Virus record (IMG/VR): IMGVR_UViG_3300021420_000014
Reading direction: 5' to 3' (one strand)
Source: a virus
DNA length: 64,000 nt
Shown here: piece by piece, positions 28,118 to 37,911 of the stretch
Layout: every line of letters starts with the position of its first letter
Numbering within the stretch: the first letter of the stretch is position 1
The notes under the pieces: model-generated
Told to the model about the DNA's origin: nothing
The model's input: only the letters and a program-made list of their open reading frames with translations
Database searches by the model: none
Position numbers and translations under genes: made by a program

Positions 28118-28636
28118 ATGACAGATCCGATCTCGATAGAAAGATTAAAGCCGGTGCATCCGGAACTCGCGCGGCGAGTGACCGGCTTGATCGATGAGCT
28201 AGCGGCCGATCCGGATCCCGTCAACATTCGCGTCACGCGCGGAATTGCTACAGTCGAGCAGCAGAATGCGCTATGGCAAATTGGGCGCGATGCCGATGGC
28301 AACAAGATTGGTGTGACTGTAACGAATGCTAAGGGCACGCAAAGTAATCATGTCCTTGGATTCGCCGCGGACGTCGTGCCGATGGATATCGATACGGGCC
28401 AGCCGGACTGGAATCTTAGCCACAAAGATTGGCAGCGCATTATCGCCTTGGCACCTAAATATGGTTTACGCGATGGCCAGTGTTTTCACGATGCGCCGCA
28501 TTTGGAGCTGATCGAAGTTCCTGAAGTGCCGACCGAAGAGATGCAACAAACCTACCTTCAGGCCGGCGTTACGTCCCTGTGGGCCGAGACTACAATCCCG
28601 ACTGCGGTTTGGGATAGTCCTGGTATTTCCGCTTAG
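28118..28636 (+). CDS. endolysin, M15 family (L-Ala-D-Glu peptidase type)
   Basis: VTNAKGTQSNH..AADVVP..DAPHLEL zinc-peptidase motifs. Confidence 0.85.
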   Translation: MTDPISIERLKPVHPELARRVTGLIDELAADPDPVNIRVTRGIATVEQQNALWQIGRDADGNKIGVTVTNAKGTQSNHVLGFAADVVPMDIDTGQPDWNLSHKDWQRIIALAPKYGLRDGQCFHDAPHLELIEVPEVPTEEMQQTYLQAGVTSLWAETTIPTAVWDSPGISA

Positions 28637-28660
28637 CGTCCGGTTTTCCACAACCGCTGC

Positions 28661-28690
28661 TTGACAGCATACCTGCTATTGGTTGATGAT
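28661..28690 (+). promoter_or_regulatory. sigma70-type promoter (TTGACA-N18-GATGAT) of RHH gene
   Basis: Perfect -35; weak -10; 8 nt before ATG 28699. Confidence 0.45.
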
Positions 28691-28698
28691 GCCGATCC

Positions 28699-28842
28699 AT
28701 GGCAACGGCCAAGATCGTTTTAACCGTCAGAATAACTCCAGATCAGCACGGACCGCTGAAACGTATCGCTAACCGCCGTAAGGTCTCGGTTAATCAATTT
28801 ATCCTGCGCCTGATAGAGAAGGAGCTTAAACGAAATGCCTAA
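28699..28842 (+). CDS. ribbon-helix-helix (Arc/CopG-like) regulator, 47 aa (absent from ORF track)
   Basis: MATAKIVLTVRITPDQHGPLKRIANRRKVSVNQFILRLIEKELKRNA. Confidence 0.75.
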   Translation: MATAKIVLTVRITPDQHGPLKRIANRRKVSVNQFILRLIEKELKRNA

Positions 28843-29893
28843 CGACGAAATCATTAAGGAAGATGCGAATTCTTACGAAGTCATAGACCTCCAGGGCAAA
28901 TCAACTGCCTTGGCCCAAGTCACGAAGGCTGAAATAGATTTGCAAATCAGCACAGCTCATAGCTATCCGCGGAGCTTGACGACCTTCAACAAGAAGGCCA
29001 TGACCATGTTGATGATGAACAAAGAAATCGCCGAGGAATGTTTCTATGTAATTCCCCGCGGCGGCAAGACAGTCGAGGGCCCGAGCGTCAGGTTGGCCGA
29101 AATCGTGGCAGCCAGCTATGGCAATCTTCGTTCCGGAGCTCGTGTCGTTGCTGAAGAAGGTGACTTCATCGTGGCTCAAGGCGTTTGTCACGATCTTGAA
29201 AACAATCTAGCCATTACGTTTGAGGTGAAGCGGCGAATCGTCGACTCCCGAGGACAGCGTTTTAATTCAGACATGATCGGTGTGACCGGCAACGCTGCGT
29301 CGGCGATCGCATTCCGCAATACTGTGTTCCGCGTGGTTCCGAAAGTATTGTGGCTTCCACTTTACGAGCAGGCACGGCGCGTGGCCAAGGGAGATGAAAA
29401 GACTTTCGAGGTTAAGCGCGAAGCTACGCTGATTGCCTTCGAAAAGTTGAACGTAAAGCGCAAAAAGATCTTCGAATATCTGGGCATCGAAGGCATTCAG
29501 GACATGAATTCCGATCATCTGGTTACGCTGATCGGAATCGGTAACGCAATTAAAAATGGGGAAGCAAGCATATCTGATTTAGATGCCAATTCTGAACCGA
29601 CTCCACCACAACGAAAGACGGCTGGCCCAAAAGAGGAGAACGGCCAAACGCAGAAGACTGGGCCTGGCTCACCCGCTGAAAAGTCAGAACCAAAAACGCA
29701 GCCGCAGCAGGAAACTGATCCTCTACTGACCAGCGAAGAACAAAACGAAATCTGGAAGTTCGCATTCAACCGCAGCTGGTCAAAGGTCAACGCAAAGCAG
29801 CTCATCAAGAAAGAGTTTGGCGTTGACGATCTGAAAGATTTGCGTCGATCACAACGGGCCAAGCTCGAAGAATTGTTGGAGGCAAGAAAGTAA
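28835..29893 (+). CDS. putative ssDNA-annealing/recombination protein
   Basis: QISTAHSYPRS..VEGPSVRLAE conserved phage motif; directly upstream of exonuclease. Confidence 0.5.
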   Translation: MPNDEIIKEDANSYEVIDLQGKSTALAQVTKAEIDLQISTAHSYPRSLTTFNKKAMTMLMMNKEIAEECFYVIPRGGKTVEGPSVRLAEIVAASYGNLRSGARVVAEEGDFIVAQGVCHDLENNLAITFEVKRRIVDSRGQRFNSDMIGVTGNAASAIAFRNTVFRVVPKVLWLPLYEQARRVAKGDEKTFEVKREATLIAFEKLNVKRKKIFEYLGIEGIQDMNSDHLVTLIGIGNAIKNGEASISDLDANSEPTPPQRKTAGPKEENGQTQKTGPGSPAEKSEPKTQPQQETDPLLTSEEQNEIWKFAFNRSWSKVNAKQLIKKEFGVDDLKDLRRSQRAKLEELLEARK

Positions 29894-29935
29894 CCACTTT
29901 CAATTTAAAAACCACCACTGGAATGGCGCGGATCA

Positions 29936-30589
29936 ATGGCCTTTGCGTTCGACGCAATAACTCATTCCTATACGCTGAACGGGATCGTCGTACCAAGCTG
30001 TACGCGGTGTCTCGATCATGCAGGGCTAGTTTCCTACGACATGGTGCGAAGAGAAATTCTAGAGCGAAAGAGCAGGATTGGAGTCCTCGTACATCAAGCA
30101 ACCAACTACTACGACGAAGATCAACTGGATCCTAATTCGGTCCACGAGAAAATTAAGGGCTACGTTGATGCTTGGGCGATGTTTCGACAAGATACCGGTT
30201 TTGTTCCCAGGCGTATCGAGAAATCATTCTGCGCCAGCATAAATGGCATGCCTGTTGGCTTAACGCCTGATCGAGAGGGAATGTTTCTGAAGCAGGAAGC
30301 TATCGTGGATCTCAAGACTTCAGTGGCAGAGCAACCATGGTGGAGCATTCAACTCGCCGGCTACGCCCTGGGAGTTCCGGACTTTTATGGCGTGGCCAGC
30401 GGACTTCTCAGCTCTCCTTTAGCCTTATTCGTACGCAGGCGGCGGATCGCCGTGCAGCTCAGAGACGATGGGAAGTACAAAAAGTTCGACTATACCGAGC
30501 GGGAAGATGCAAACGTATTCATCTCGGCTCTGCACGTTACGCATTGGAAAATTAAACAGGGAATTAAATTGAGAGCGATAGCAGCATGA
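29936..30589 (+). CDS. PD-(D/E)XK exonuclease (Cas4/RecB-like)
   Basis: TPDREG..IVDLKT..IQLAGYA. Confidence 0.75.
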   Translation: MAFAFDAITHSYTLNGIVVPSCTRCLDHAGLVSYDMVRREILERKSRIGVLVHQATNYYDEDQLDPNSVHEKIKGYVDAWAMFRQDTGFVPRRIEKSFCASINGMPVGLTPDREGMFLKQEAIVDLKTSVAEQPWWSIQLAGYALGVPDFYGVASGLLSSPLALFVRRRRIAVQLRDDGKYKKFDYTEREDANVFISALHVTHWKIKQGIKLRAIAA

Positions 30590-30804
30590 CCAAAAACGAA
30601 TTGATGGTCGAAAACTGGAACCTAAAAACTAATAGCCAACCCATTGAAGTGCGCTTTTGGACTGGTGCACGCGAAGGCGAGGGGCGATTAGGGAAAACTT
30701 GGACTCCAGCGCAAATGATGAGCGGCACTGCCGTTGTCTATATCCGTGATTCACAAGGTAAGAACGTCGGTGCTGTTGCACTCTCCCATGTTGAGGCCAT
30801 ATGA
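30586..30804 (+). CDS. hypothetical protein
   Basis: ATGA overlaps on both sides. Confidence 0.55.
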   Translation: MTKNELMVENWNLKTNSQPIEVRFWTGAREGEGRLGKTWTPAQMMSGTAVVYIRDSQGKNVGAVALSHVEAI

Positions 30805-31532
30805 GCGAACCAGCAACGCAACCGAATCTTACGGTAACACCGCTTGATCAGAAGGAGCTCGCCAAGATGCAAGAGGCGGCTCCGAAGGTTTTGCTCCAGG
30901 CTCAGGAACTTGAAATAAATACAACCGAAGATTACGAAGCGAGCGGCGCGTTTCTCGATGTGGTTGCCGAGCGGCAAAGGAAAGTTGAAGAGTTTTTCGA
31001 AAGGCCGGTCAAAGAGGCCAATAGCGTTCATAAATTCCTTACCAGCCTGAGAGGCATGCTCACAAGCCCTTACAGTCAAGCCGAAGAACTTATCAAGAGG
31101 CGTCGACGTGATTGGCGTATGGAAGAGGAACGAAAACGCCAAGCTGCGGAAGAAGAAGCGCGTAAACGAGCCAAAGCCGAACAAGAAGCACAGGCACTCG
31201 AGGAAGCCAGCCAATTAACCGAAATAGGCGAGCATGAAGCGGCAGCAGTAGTGATCGATCGCGCGGTGACTGCGCCGCCGCCACCTGTCATTGTGCCTAG
31301 CATAGTTCCCAAGCAGGCTGGCCATTCGATCCGTAAGGTTTGGAAATTCAGAATTAAAAATCCTGCGCTGATCAAGCGTGAATTCCTGATGCCCAAGAAT
31401 GCGTTTGATCCTAAGGAATACAAGAAGATTGACGCTCTAGTTTCTGATCTAGGGCCTGATGCAGGACCACTAGTAGGTCCTGGGGCGATAGAAATATACG
31501 AAGATGAAATTGAGAGCTCGCGCAGGAAATGA
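30801..31532 (+). CDS. coiled-coil protein of recombination module
   Basis: Long charged helix, KVWKFRI..IKREFL C-terminal motif. Confidence 0.55.
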   Translation: MSEPATQPNLTVTPLDQKELAKMQEAAPKVLLQAQELEINTTEDYEASGAFLDVVAERQRKVEEFFERPVKEANSVHKFLTSLRGMLTSPYSQAEELIKRRRRDWRMEEERKRQAAEEEARKRAKAEQEAQALEEASQLTEIGEHEAAAVVIDRAVTAPPPPVIVPSIVPKQAGHSIRKVWKFRIKNPALIKREFLMPKNAFDPKEYKKIDALVSDLGPDAGPLVGPGAIEIYEDEIESSRRK

Positions 31533-31601
31533 ACTGAATCATCCAGATTTTGGAAACCATATCAGTAATGGTTCATTTCCTGCGTGTTGTAATCGAGAGA
31601 A

Positions 31602-31790
31602 ATGATGGACACCATCAAGATTGGCGATATCCGTTATCTGAATGCGGACGAGCTGCGAAACATGACGAATCCAATGGCGATTACCTGCAAGGGAGAACCT
31701 GTGGCCGTTCTGGTACCATACAAACTTTTCTTGGAATGGCAGGAGGCTGCCCGTGGACTCACCGAAGACATTCGGCTTGAAACTCAGTGA
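31602..31790 (+). CDS. Phd/YefM-like antitoxin N-terminal domain protein
   Basis: PMAITCKGEPVAVLVPYKLF matches Phd PxxITxxGxPxAVLV pattern. Confidence 0.55.
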   Translation: MMDTIKIGDIRYLNADELRNMTNPMAITCKGEPVAVLVPYKLFLEWQEAARGLTEDIRLETQ

Positions 31791-32118
31791 ACTGCGTCCG
31801 TGTGATGCTTGCGGAGGCCAAATCACACCGTTTTTTCAGCATATTCAGATTCGGCATGCCATCTTCAATGCAAGAAATGTGAACGCTACGATCGGCATCA
31901 TGCACGGATGGGGTAGGACGCTGGCGGATCGTGATGCTATGCAGGCTTTGAACGTAGCCGAAGCCCTTTCGCCTGGAGCGGATGCGGCCGTTGAGGTTCT
32001 GGACGAGCCTGATGCCACGACAACTTTGTTCATTTGCAACGAATGCTACCTGAACAAGCCGCTGGATTTGGCAATGATCGCGGAACGCCGCGGGCACGCG
32101 ACGCAGGCGAAGCCATGA
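31753..32118 (+). CDS. zinc-binding hypothetical protein
   Basis: CDAC...CNEC; GGAGG SD + GTG. Confidence 0.55.
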   Translation: MDSPKTFGLKLSELRPCDACGGQITPFFQHIQIRHAIFNARNVNATIGIMHGWGRTLADRDAMQALNVAEALSPGADAAVEVLDEPDATTTLFICNECYLNKPLDLAMIAERRGHATQAKP

Positions 32119-32368
32119 ACAGCGAAACGGAACGAAAAGGCCTACGCATCCAGCACGGTTTTGACAAAGGCTACTATTCGCTCCTTCCCGACCATAAACC
32201 GCATCCTGTGGTTTGGTGCATGTGCGGATGGACGCCAGCCGATATCTCCGACAGTTGGGAAGAAGCTGGCAAGAAACTAGATGAGCATATCGCGGGAGCA
32301 TTGAAGAAAGAGGATATCGTTTATCACGACAGCATCAAGGAACACAGCAAGGCGGTGGCGGCGCGGCG

Positions 32369-32710
32369 ATGACCTGCACAAAAGTACAAATCGGTGATTT
32401 TTCAGCGATTGTCGATATGGCAGGCCCAATACTGCGAATCTGTTCCGGCGGAAAGGAATTCTTCTTTGAATTCCATGAGTACATGGGCCCAATGATGGTT
32501 GGCAAACGCGGGCAGCCGATCCAAAGTTTACCAACTAAGTGCAGTCCATTCTGGGACGCCCTCTATTGGTGGATTAGGCAGGGGAAGCGGATCGACGCAA
32601 ATAGGAATTGCGTTTTCGACCACGAAATGAAGTTGGTTGATATCGTGAAACAGATCGGGCCGCGCACCTGGAAGATCCTCGGCGTTCGACCGAAGGGCTA
32701 TATCCTATGA
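32369..32710 (+). CDS. hypothetical protein
   Basis: ATGA-coupled ORF. Confidence 0.5.
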   Translation: MTCTKVQIGDFSAIVDMAGPILRICSGGKEFFFEFHEYMGPMMVGKRGQPIQSLPTKCSPFWDALYWWIRQGKRIDANRNCVFDHEMKLVDIVKQIGPRTWKILGVRPKGYIL

Positions 32711-34659
32711 CCAATCTTCATATCGCACCAGGCCTCAGTCTGCCCAAAGATGTCGTCACATCGACCATCGTTGTGTACGGTGGTAAAGGCACAGGAAAAA
32801 CAAATTATGGCAGCGTTCTTGTCGAAGAATGCTCCAAAGTTGGCTTGCGATGGACTTACATCGATCCGTTGGGTGTTGCCTGGGGTTTGCGTCACTCTGC
32901 AGATGGCAAGGGCAAGGGTATCGAATGCATCATCCTTGGCGGCGTTCATGGTGATATTCCAATTGAACCGACCGCTGGTTCTGTGGTTGCGGATTTGGTT
33001 GTAGATGAGATTGGGACAAACGCCATTATCGATATCTCGCGCCGGCCAAACGGTGAGACTTGGGGCACTGGCGAAAAAATCAGATTCATCACAGAGTACG
33101 GCAGACGGCTGTTTCAATACCAAGGGAAACTAGTTGCAGGCCGCAGACGTGAACCAATTCTGCAAGTTTTTGATGAAGCTGCGCGGTACATCCCGCAGAC
33201 CATTCCACACGGCGCAGAACAGCTTGCGGCTTGCGTCGGTGTTTGGGAGCAGATTGCTGAAGAAGGTCGCAATTTTGGAATCGGCATTGTTTTTTTGACG
33301 CAGCGCAGCGCACGCTTGAATAAGAGTGTTTCAGAACTGGCCGATGCAATGTTCTCATTCCGCATCGTCGGGCCCAATTCGGTTGCCGCTGTAATGGATT
33401 GGATGGGCGATCACGTTCCCAAGGATCGAATCAAAACGCTCATTGAAAGTCTGCGGTCACTAAATGTCGGACAATGTTTGGTTGTCTCTCCCGGCTGGCT
33501 GAAGTTCGAGAAAATCGTGCAAATACGCCTGCGGGAAACATTCGACTCTAGCGCGACCCCGAAACCCGGGGAGCGGCCGCGGAAAGTAACCGGTGAGGCA
33601 GCCAAGCCGGATCTAGCCAAGTACGCGGCGCGCATGAAAGAGACCATCGAGCGTGCTAAAGCCGAGGACCCTAAAGAGTTACGCGCACGGATTCGGGAAC
33701 TCGAGAAACAAGCCAAGGCTCAACCCGTAAAACAAAATTCACAGAGCGTAAATAAAAATTTACAGCCGGACCCTGCGGTCATGCAGCGGGCAATTGATCG
33801 GGCTGTGCGGCAGGTAGAGCAAGCACATGCGCCGATGCGCATATTGCTGGAGAAGTCCATGAAGATCATCGTGAAATTAAACGCCATAGGCTTTGAGGGA
33901 GCTGACGTCAGGCCTGAAGATATAGACCGGCTAATAAAGGCAACAACGAACGAACTGCGCAAATTGGCCAAAGCCAGCCTATCCGCTAAGGCGGCTGAGC
34001 TTGAGGGCTTGAAACGAGAAGCTACGGCGTTATTAAAATCAATTGAGCGGGTTATGTCGAAGGAGCCTATATCGGTCAATGTAGATGTCCACAAACTGTC
34101 TGCAGATACCAGCCATATCGCACCAGCGGTCCCAGTGCAAGACGCCAACACGCGAGCCAATTTTCAAGAACGCTCAAAGTTGTTGATACCACCGTCCAAC
34201 GGAGATTTGCCAGTTGGCGAACTGGCGTGCTTAAAGGCTATAGCGCAATATAACGAAGGAACCGAACGTGATCAACTTTCCGTGCTTACTGGATATAAGC
34301 GGTCCTCACGCGACGCTTATGTTGCGCGGCTCCGCGGTAAGGGATTTATAGATGATCGAAACGGACGGCTTATAGTTACTGACGATGGCATCGCAGCCCT
34401 TGGCAGCGATTATGAGAGGTTGCCCACTGGTTCAGAGTTGCAGGAATATTGGCGACGAAAATTGCCACAGGGCGAAAAGGCACTATTCGAATTAATCATT
34501 TCCAATAGCGGTGAACCCGTAGATCGTGAATGGCTCGGCGAGCAGACTGGTTACAAAAGATCAAGCAGAGATGCCTACTTAAGCAGAATGATGTCGCGCC
34601 GAATTATTGAGGAAGCTGGTCGTGGAATGGTCAGGGCCGCGACAATACTTTTCGATTAA
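32707..34659 (+). CDS. HerA/FtsK-superfamily ATPase with two C-terminal winged-helix repeats
   Basis: GGKGTGKT, VFDEAA, EGRNFGIG..TQRSA; TGYKRSSRDAY occurs twice. Confidence 0.8.
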   Translation: MTNLHIAPGLSLPKDVVTSTIVVYGGKGTGKTNYGSVLVEECSKVGLRWTYIDPLGVAWGLRHSADGKGKGIECIILGGVHGDIPIEPTAGSVVADLVVDEIGTNAIIDISRRPNGETWGTGEKIRFITEYGRRLFQYQGKLVAGRRREPILQVFDEAARYIPQTIPHGAEQLAACVGVWEQIAEEGRNFGIGIVFLTQRSARLNKSVSELADAMFSFRIVGPNSVAAVMDWMGDHVPKDRIKTLIESLRSLNVGQCLVVSPGWLKFEKIVQIRLRETFDSSATPKPGERPRKVTGEAAKPDLAKYAARMKETIERAKAEDPKELRARIRELEKQAKAQPVKQNSQSVNKNLQPDPAVMQRAIDRAVRQVEQAHAPMRILLEKSMKIIVKLNAIGFEGADVRPEDIDRLIKATTNELRKLAKASLSAKAAELEGLKREATALLKSIERVMSKEPISVNVDVHKLSADTSHIAPAVPVQDANTRANFQERSKLLIPPSNGDLPVGELACLKAIAQYNEGTERDQLSVLTGYKRSSRDAYVARLRGKGFIDDRNGRLIVTDDGIAALGSDYERLPTGSELQEYWRRKLPQGEKALFELIISNSGEPVDREWLGEQTGYKRSSRDAYLSRMMSRRIIEEAGRGMVRAATILFD

Positions 34660-34664
34660 ATTGT

Positions 34665-35654
34665 GTGAACACACACGGTACAGCATTGATTAGAAGCGTC
34701 CCGACGCATATACTGGGCGTCATGGACGCTTCTAATGGAGATCGCCATATAGCAATTTATGGCCGCGTTCAACTTCAGCGCGGATATTGTACGACCTGCC
34801 AACGCATCGCCCTGATAACAGATAATGTATTCCAGTGTTGCGGAAGCCAAGCGAATCAACCATCGAAAATTATCCAATATAAACGCATGTCTATTTCGCC
34901 GCAATTTAGGCGGTCTCCTTGCAAGAAGAGGCGCGACGAAATACTGGAACGACAGGAAAATCGGTGCCTCTATTGCGATAGGCTGTTTGGATCTTTTGTA
35001 TTCAGATACGATCGGCTAATTAGGCTGCGCTTACATTGGGACCATCTTGTACCATGGGCTTACGATCAAAACAACGAGCACGTCAATTTTGGTGCTGCTT
35101 GCCACATCTGCAATGGCATTAAGTCGAACCTGATGTTCAGGAGTGTCGAAGATGCCAAAATCTACATCGCTGAAAAATGGAAGTCAAAAGGTTACTCAGA
35201 GTCAGCAGTGGCCAATGATAATTTGTGCCAACTGCGGCAAGGAATTCAGGCAGAGGAGACAAAAACAGAAGTTCTGCAAACTGAAGTGCCGGCGAGCGGC
35301 TTGGTTCAAGAACAACTACGTACGAGTGATGCCTCGGAACGTATAACAACGTCAGAATCAAAGCTAAGGACTGTTAGCCAAAAGGTAAAGCGTATTTGTC
35401 CCTGTCCATGTGGTCGTGAGTTTTTCCCCCGTGCTCGCACACAGATTTATTACAGCCGAAACTGCATGAAGCTCGTTGCTGCTGGACGTCTTAGAGAGAA
35501 GCATGAAGGCGAGAAAAAGCAAGATCGACGACGTTTATATTCTCGATGCAACAAGAGTGTGGATGGCTATCATATTTGGGCCAAAGGGGAAATTGATGAC
35601 CTGAGGCCATGTATTAATTGCGGTGCGACCAAACGTGATGTGCGAGAGTCTTAA
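34665..35654 (+). CDS. HNH endonuclease with additional zinc motifs
   Basis: CLYC..HWDHLVPW..ACHICNGIK. Confidence 0.7.
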   Translation: MNTHGTALIRSVPTHILGVMDASNGDRHIAIYGRVQLQRGYCTTCQRIALITDNVFQCCGSQANQPSKIIQYKRMSISPQFRRSPCKKRRDEILERQENRCLYCDRLFGSFVFRYDRLIRLRLHWDHLVPWAYDQNNEHVNFGAACHICNGIKSNLMFRSVEDAKIYIAEKWKSKGYSESAVANDNLCQLRQGIQAEETKTEVLQTEVPASGLVQEQLRTSDASERITTSESKLRTVSQKVKRICPCPCGREFFPRARTQIYYSRNCMKLVAAGRLREKHEGEKKQDRRRLYSRCNKSVDGYHIWAKGEIDDLRPCINCGATKRDVRES

Positions 35655-35662
35655 GGAGTTCC

Positions 35663-36007
35663 ATGGCACAGGCAAAATGTCCGAACTGTGGCGGTTACAG
35701 AGGCCTCCCGCGAATGCTGCACGACCAGGATGAGCCGCGGGAGTGTTCCAACCCTTTCCACAAAGAGGCCGAGGTCCCACTGGTAATCGAAGAAGACAAT
35801 GTAACCATGACTGCCACGGTCGAGATCGTACCGCCTAAGCTTGGCAACCCGATCTGCCCATATTGCATGACCGAAGGGTTGAGGGGACGCCAGACTCAAC
35901 TGGGACCATTTTTTATAATGGTCGTGCGTTGCGCTAACGAAGAATGCAGAAAGATCCTTGGGATATTTCCAATTGGAACTGTCCAAGCAGGGATGCCGAC
36001 AAACTAA
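35663..36007 (+). CDS. zinc-finger hypothetical protein
   Basis: AAGGAG SD; CPNC, CPYC, CANEEC. Confidence 0.55.
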   Translation: MAQAKCPNCGGYRGLPRMLHDQDEPRECSNPFHKEAEVPLVIEEDNVTMTATVEIVPPKLGNPICPYCMTEGLRGRQTQLGPFFIMVVRCANEECRKILGIFPIGTVQAGMPTN

Positions 36008-36255
36008 TGGGCAAAGGTGTTCGCAAAATATCGAACAATGAAATGGAGGCCATGCACAAGAAACGCTGGCCAGAGCCAGTCGTTTTGGATCATGCTCCGC
36101 GTTTGGCAGAAGCAATTCGCCGCGTACTAGCCGGCGAGCATCTGCTTGGCTGCCGACGACGAGGGAGCTGTCATTGCGATAGAGATATTCTCGAAGCGGC
36201 TTGGCGCGATTATGTTGCCGATAATCCTCAATCATTTTGTTGAAAGGAGAACTGA

Positions 36256-36870
36256 ATGGCACGAGTAAGACAAGTCAGATTGGCTGGACGCGAAACCGCA
36301 AAGAAACGCGCACCACGTAAACTGGATCCCAAGGCCGATTTTAATGAGCCTACGAAAAAGAATCCGGAGGAACCGGAACAATTAGTAGCGGAAGAACTAC
36401 AAACGGAACCGGCAGAAATGCCGAGCCGGATCGTCAACGGCTTCATGGCTGTTAACTTCGTGCGGCCGCATTTTGAAATTGAGAAGGATAATAGAAGCGT
36501 TGCACTGGAATTCTCTCTTGAACTCACCAACGATCACCGCAGTTTGTTGCCGGCGAAGATCCTCAACGAGTGGGAGCATATTGAAGAAGGTACTTGCAGG
36601 TTGAGTGAAGTGATTGGCGTTGGCACGCAACGTTTCGATCTGAGGCTAGCGCCAGATGATGAGGAATCGGACCTTGAGCAGGATTCACCAGTCCAAAAGA
36701 TTCGTTTGCAAGTGATCGAGGATAAGGGCAGTGGAGCTTCAAAAGATATTATTCGCCTATCATTCAGAATGCTGTGTGATTTGACGCCAGTCGTCGAAAA
36801 GTTCGCCTGCCGTAATTTCGGCGGAGTAATCTGGCTAAAAATGGACCAAATTCAAAGTGAATTGCTATAG
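36256..36870 (+). CDS. hypothetical protein
   Basis: AAGGAG SD; 204 aa. Confidence 0.6.
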   Translation: MARVRQVRLAGRETAKKRAPRKLDPKADFNEPTKKNPEEPEQLVAEELQTEPAEMPSRIVNGFMAVNFVRPHFEIEKDNRSVALEFSLELTNDHRSLLPAKILNEWEHIEEGTCRLSEVIGVGTQRFDLRLAPDDEESDLEQDSPVQKIRLQVIEDKGSGASKDIIRLSFRMLCDLTPVVEKFACRNFGGVIWLKMDQIQSELL

Positions 36871-36896
36871 CCAAAGAGTGTACGATTATGCAGATG

Positions 36897-36966
36897 TGGC
36901 GAGCCCGGGCTTGGCGCGGTTGTGCCGGGCAAGGCTAGGCGGGGTTCGGCACGGCATGGTTTGGGT
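36897..36966 (+). repeat. 14-unit NGGYN pentanucleotide array (candidate small RNA)
   Basis: tggcg agccc gggct tggcg cggtt gtgcc gggca aggct aggcg gggtt cggca cggca tggtt tgggt; intergenic. Confidence 0.8.
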
Positions 36967-36967
36967 G

Positions 36968-36998
36968 AGGCGAGAGGATTTCCTCTCGCCTTTTTTTT
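36968..36998 (+). terminator. intrinsic terminator
   Basis: GGCGAGAGG-ATTT-CCTCTCGCC followed by T8. Confidence 0.9.
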
Positions 36999-37184
36999 AA
37001 ATGTTATGAGTCTTGAGCAGATAGCCGAGAACTTGGCGCGAGCTCTAGGCCATGCGCCAGTCTGTAGAATTCTAGATGGTCCTAATTGCAACTGTGGCGC
37101 AGCGAGGCTCCAAGCAAAGGCACTGGCGGATTACGAAGACCACAAACGGAAACAACAGGCGAAAGAGGTCACAGCGGATTCCCA

Positions 37185-37586
37185 ATGAGCGATCAAGGCA
37201 GCTTCGAAGTACTGCAACAAAAAAGCAAGAGGCACGAGTTGGAAGATAATCTATTTGCCGAATTCAAGCTCTACGGCCTTCCGACCCCGGAACGCCAGTA
37301 TATTTTCCATCCTACGCGCAAGTGGCGACTGGATTTTGCTTGGCCAGACCGTAGGATAGCAGTAGAAGTAAACGGCGGAATCTACATGAATAAAAATAAT
37401 CCAACCAACCCGGGAGGCCACAACCGCGGTGCATACATGGAACTAAGCTACGAGAAGATTAATGAGGCGCAGCGACTTGGCTGGAAGGTGTTTATGTTTG
37501 GCCCATCACAATGCCGCGGACGAAAGCGCACGAATGAATCCAGCGCGGCGTTAGCTTTTATGCACAACGTCTTGCTATCAAAGTGA
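37185..37586 (+). CDS. PD-(D/E)XK endonuclease (DUF559/Vsr-like)
   Basis: FHPTRKWRLDFAWPDRRIAVEVNGG..KINEAQRLGW. Confidence 0.75.
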   Translation: MSDQGSFEVLQQKSKRHELEDNLFAEFKLYGLPTPERQYIFHPTRKWRLDFAWPDRRIAVEVNGGIYMNKNNPTNPGGHNRGAYMELSYEKINEAQRLGWKVFMFGPSQCRGRKRTNESSAALAFMHNVLLSK

Positions 37587-37598
37587 AAGGACATTCCA

Positions 37599-37784
37599 AT
37601 GGAGCTAAATGAACTCAAGCCAGGAGATGTCGTGTATCTCAATAGCGGATCTCCCGCACTGACCGTCGAGAAAATAACCGATGAAGGTTTAGTAAAAGTG
37701 ACCTACTTCAATGGTGGTCAGCAGTACGCATTCTTCTGGCCGTCTAATCTTACGGCAAATAAAGCAGCTCACGGGCAACGCTAA
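37599..37784 (+). CDS. YodC/DUF2158-like small protein
   Basis: LKPGDVVYLNSGSPALTV. Confidence 0.65.
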   Translation: MELNELKPGDVVYLNSGSPALTVEKITDEGLVKVTYFNGGQQYAFFWPSNLTANKAAHGQR

Positions 37785-37911
37785 TGAGCCAGGCAAAGTG
37801 CAAATCCATTTCCGGCCAGCACAAGTTCAGCCGTGAGATCATTTTTGATCGCGACGGTAACCGATGGCAGCGATGCATTCACTGCCCGAAGAAAAAGAAG
37901 GCCACTCAAAA

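Noticed and set aside
36897-36966. Pentamer arrays or the DKW gene as CRISPR arrays
   Set aside because: No identical 23-50 nt repeats with unique spacers and no cas operon; the PD-(D/E)XK nuclease sits in a recombination context.
36922-37005. N-terminus MPGKARRGSARHGLGE of ORF 36922-37188
   Set aside because: It is a translation of the pentamer array and runs through a terminator; the real gene likely starts at ATG 37006.
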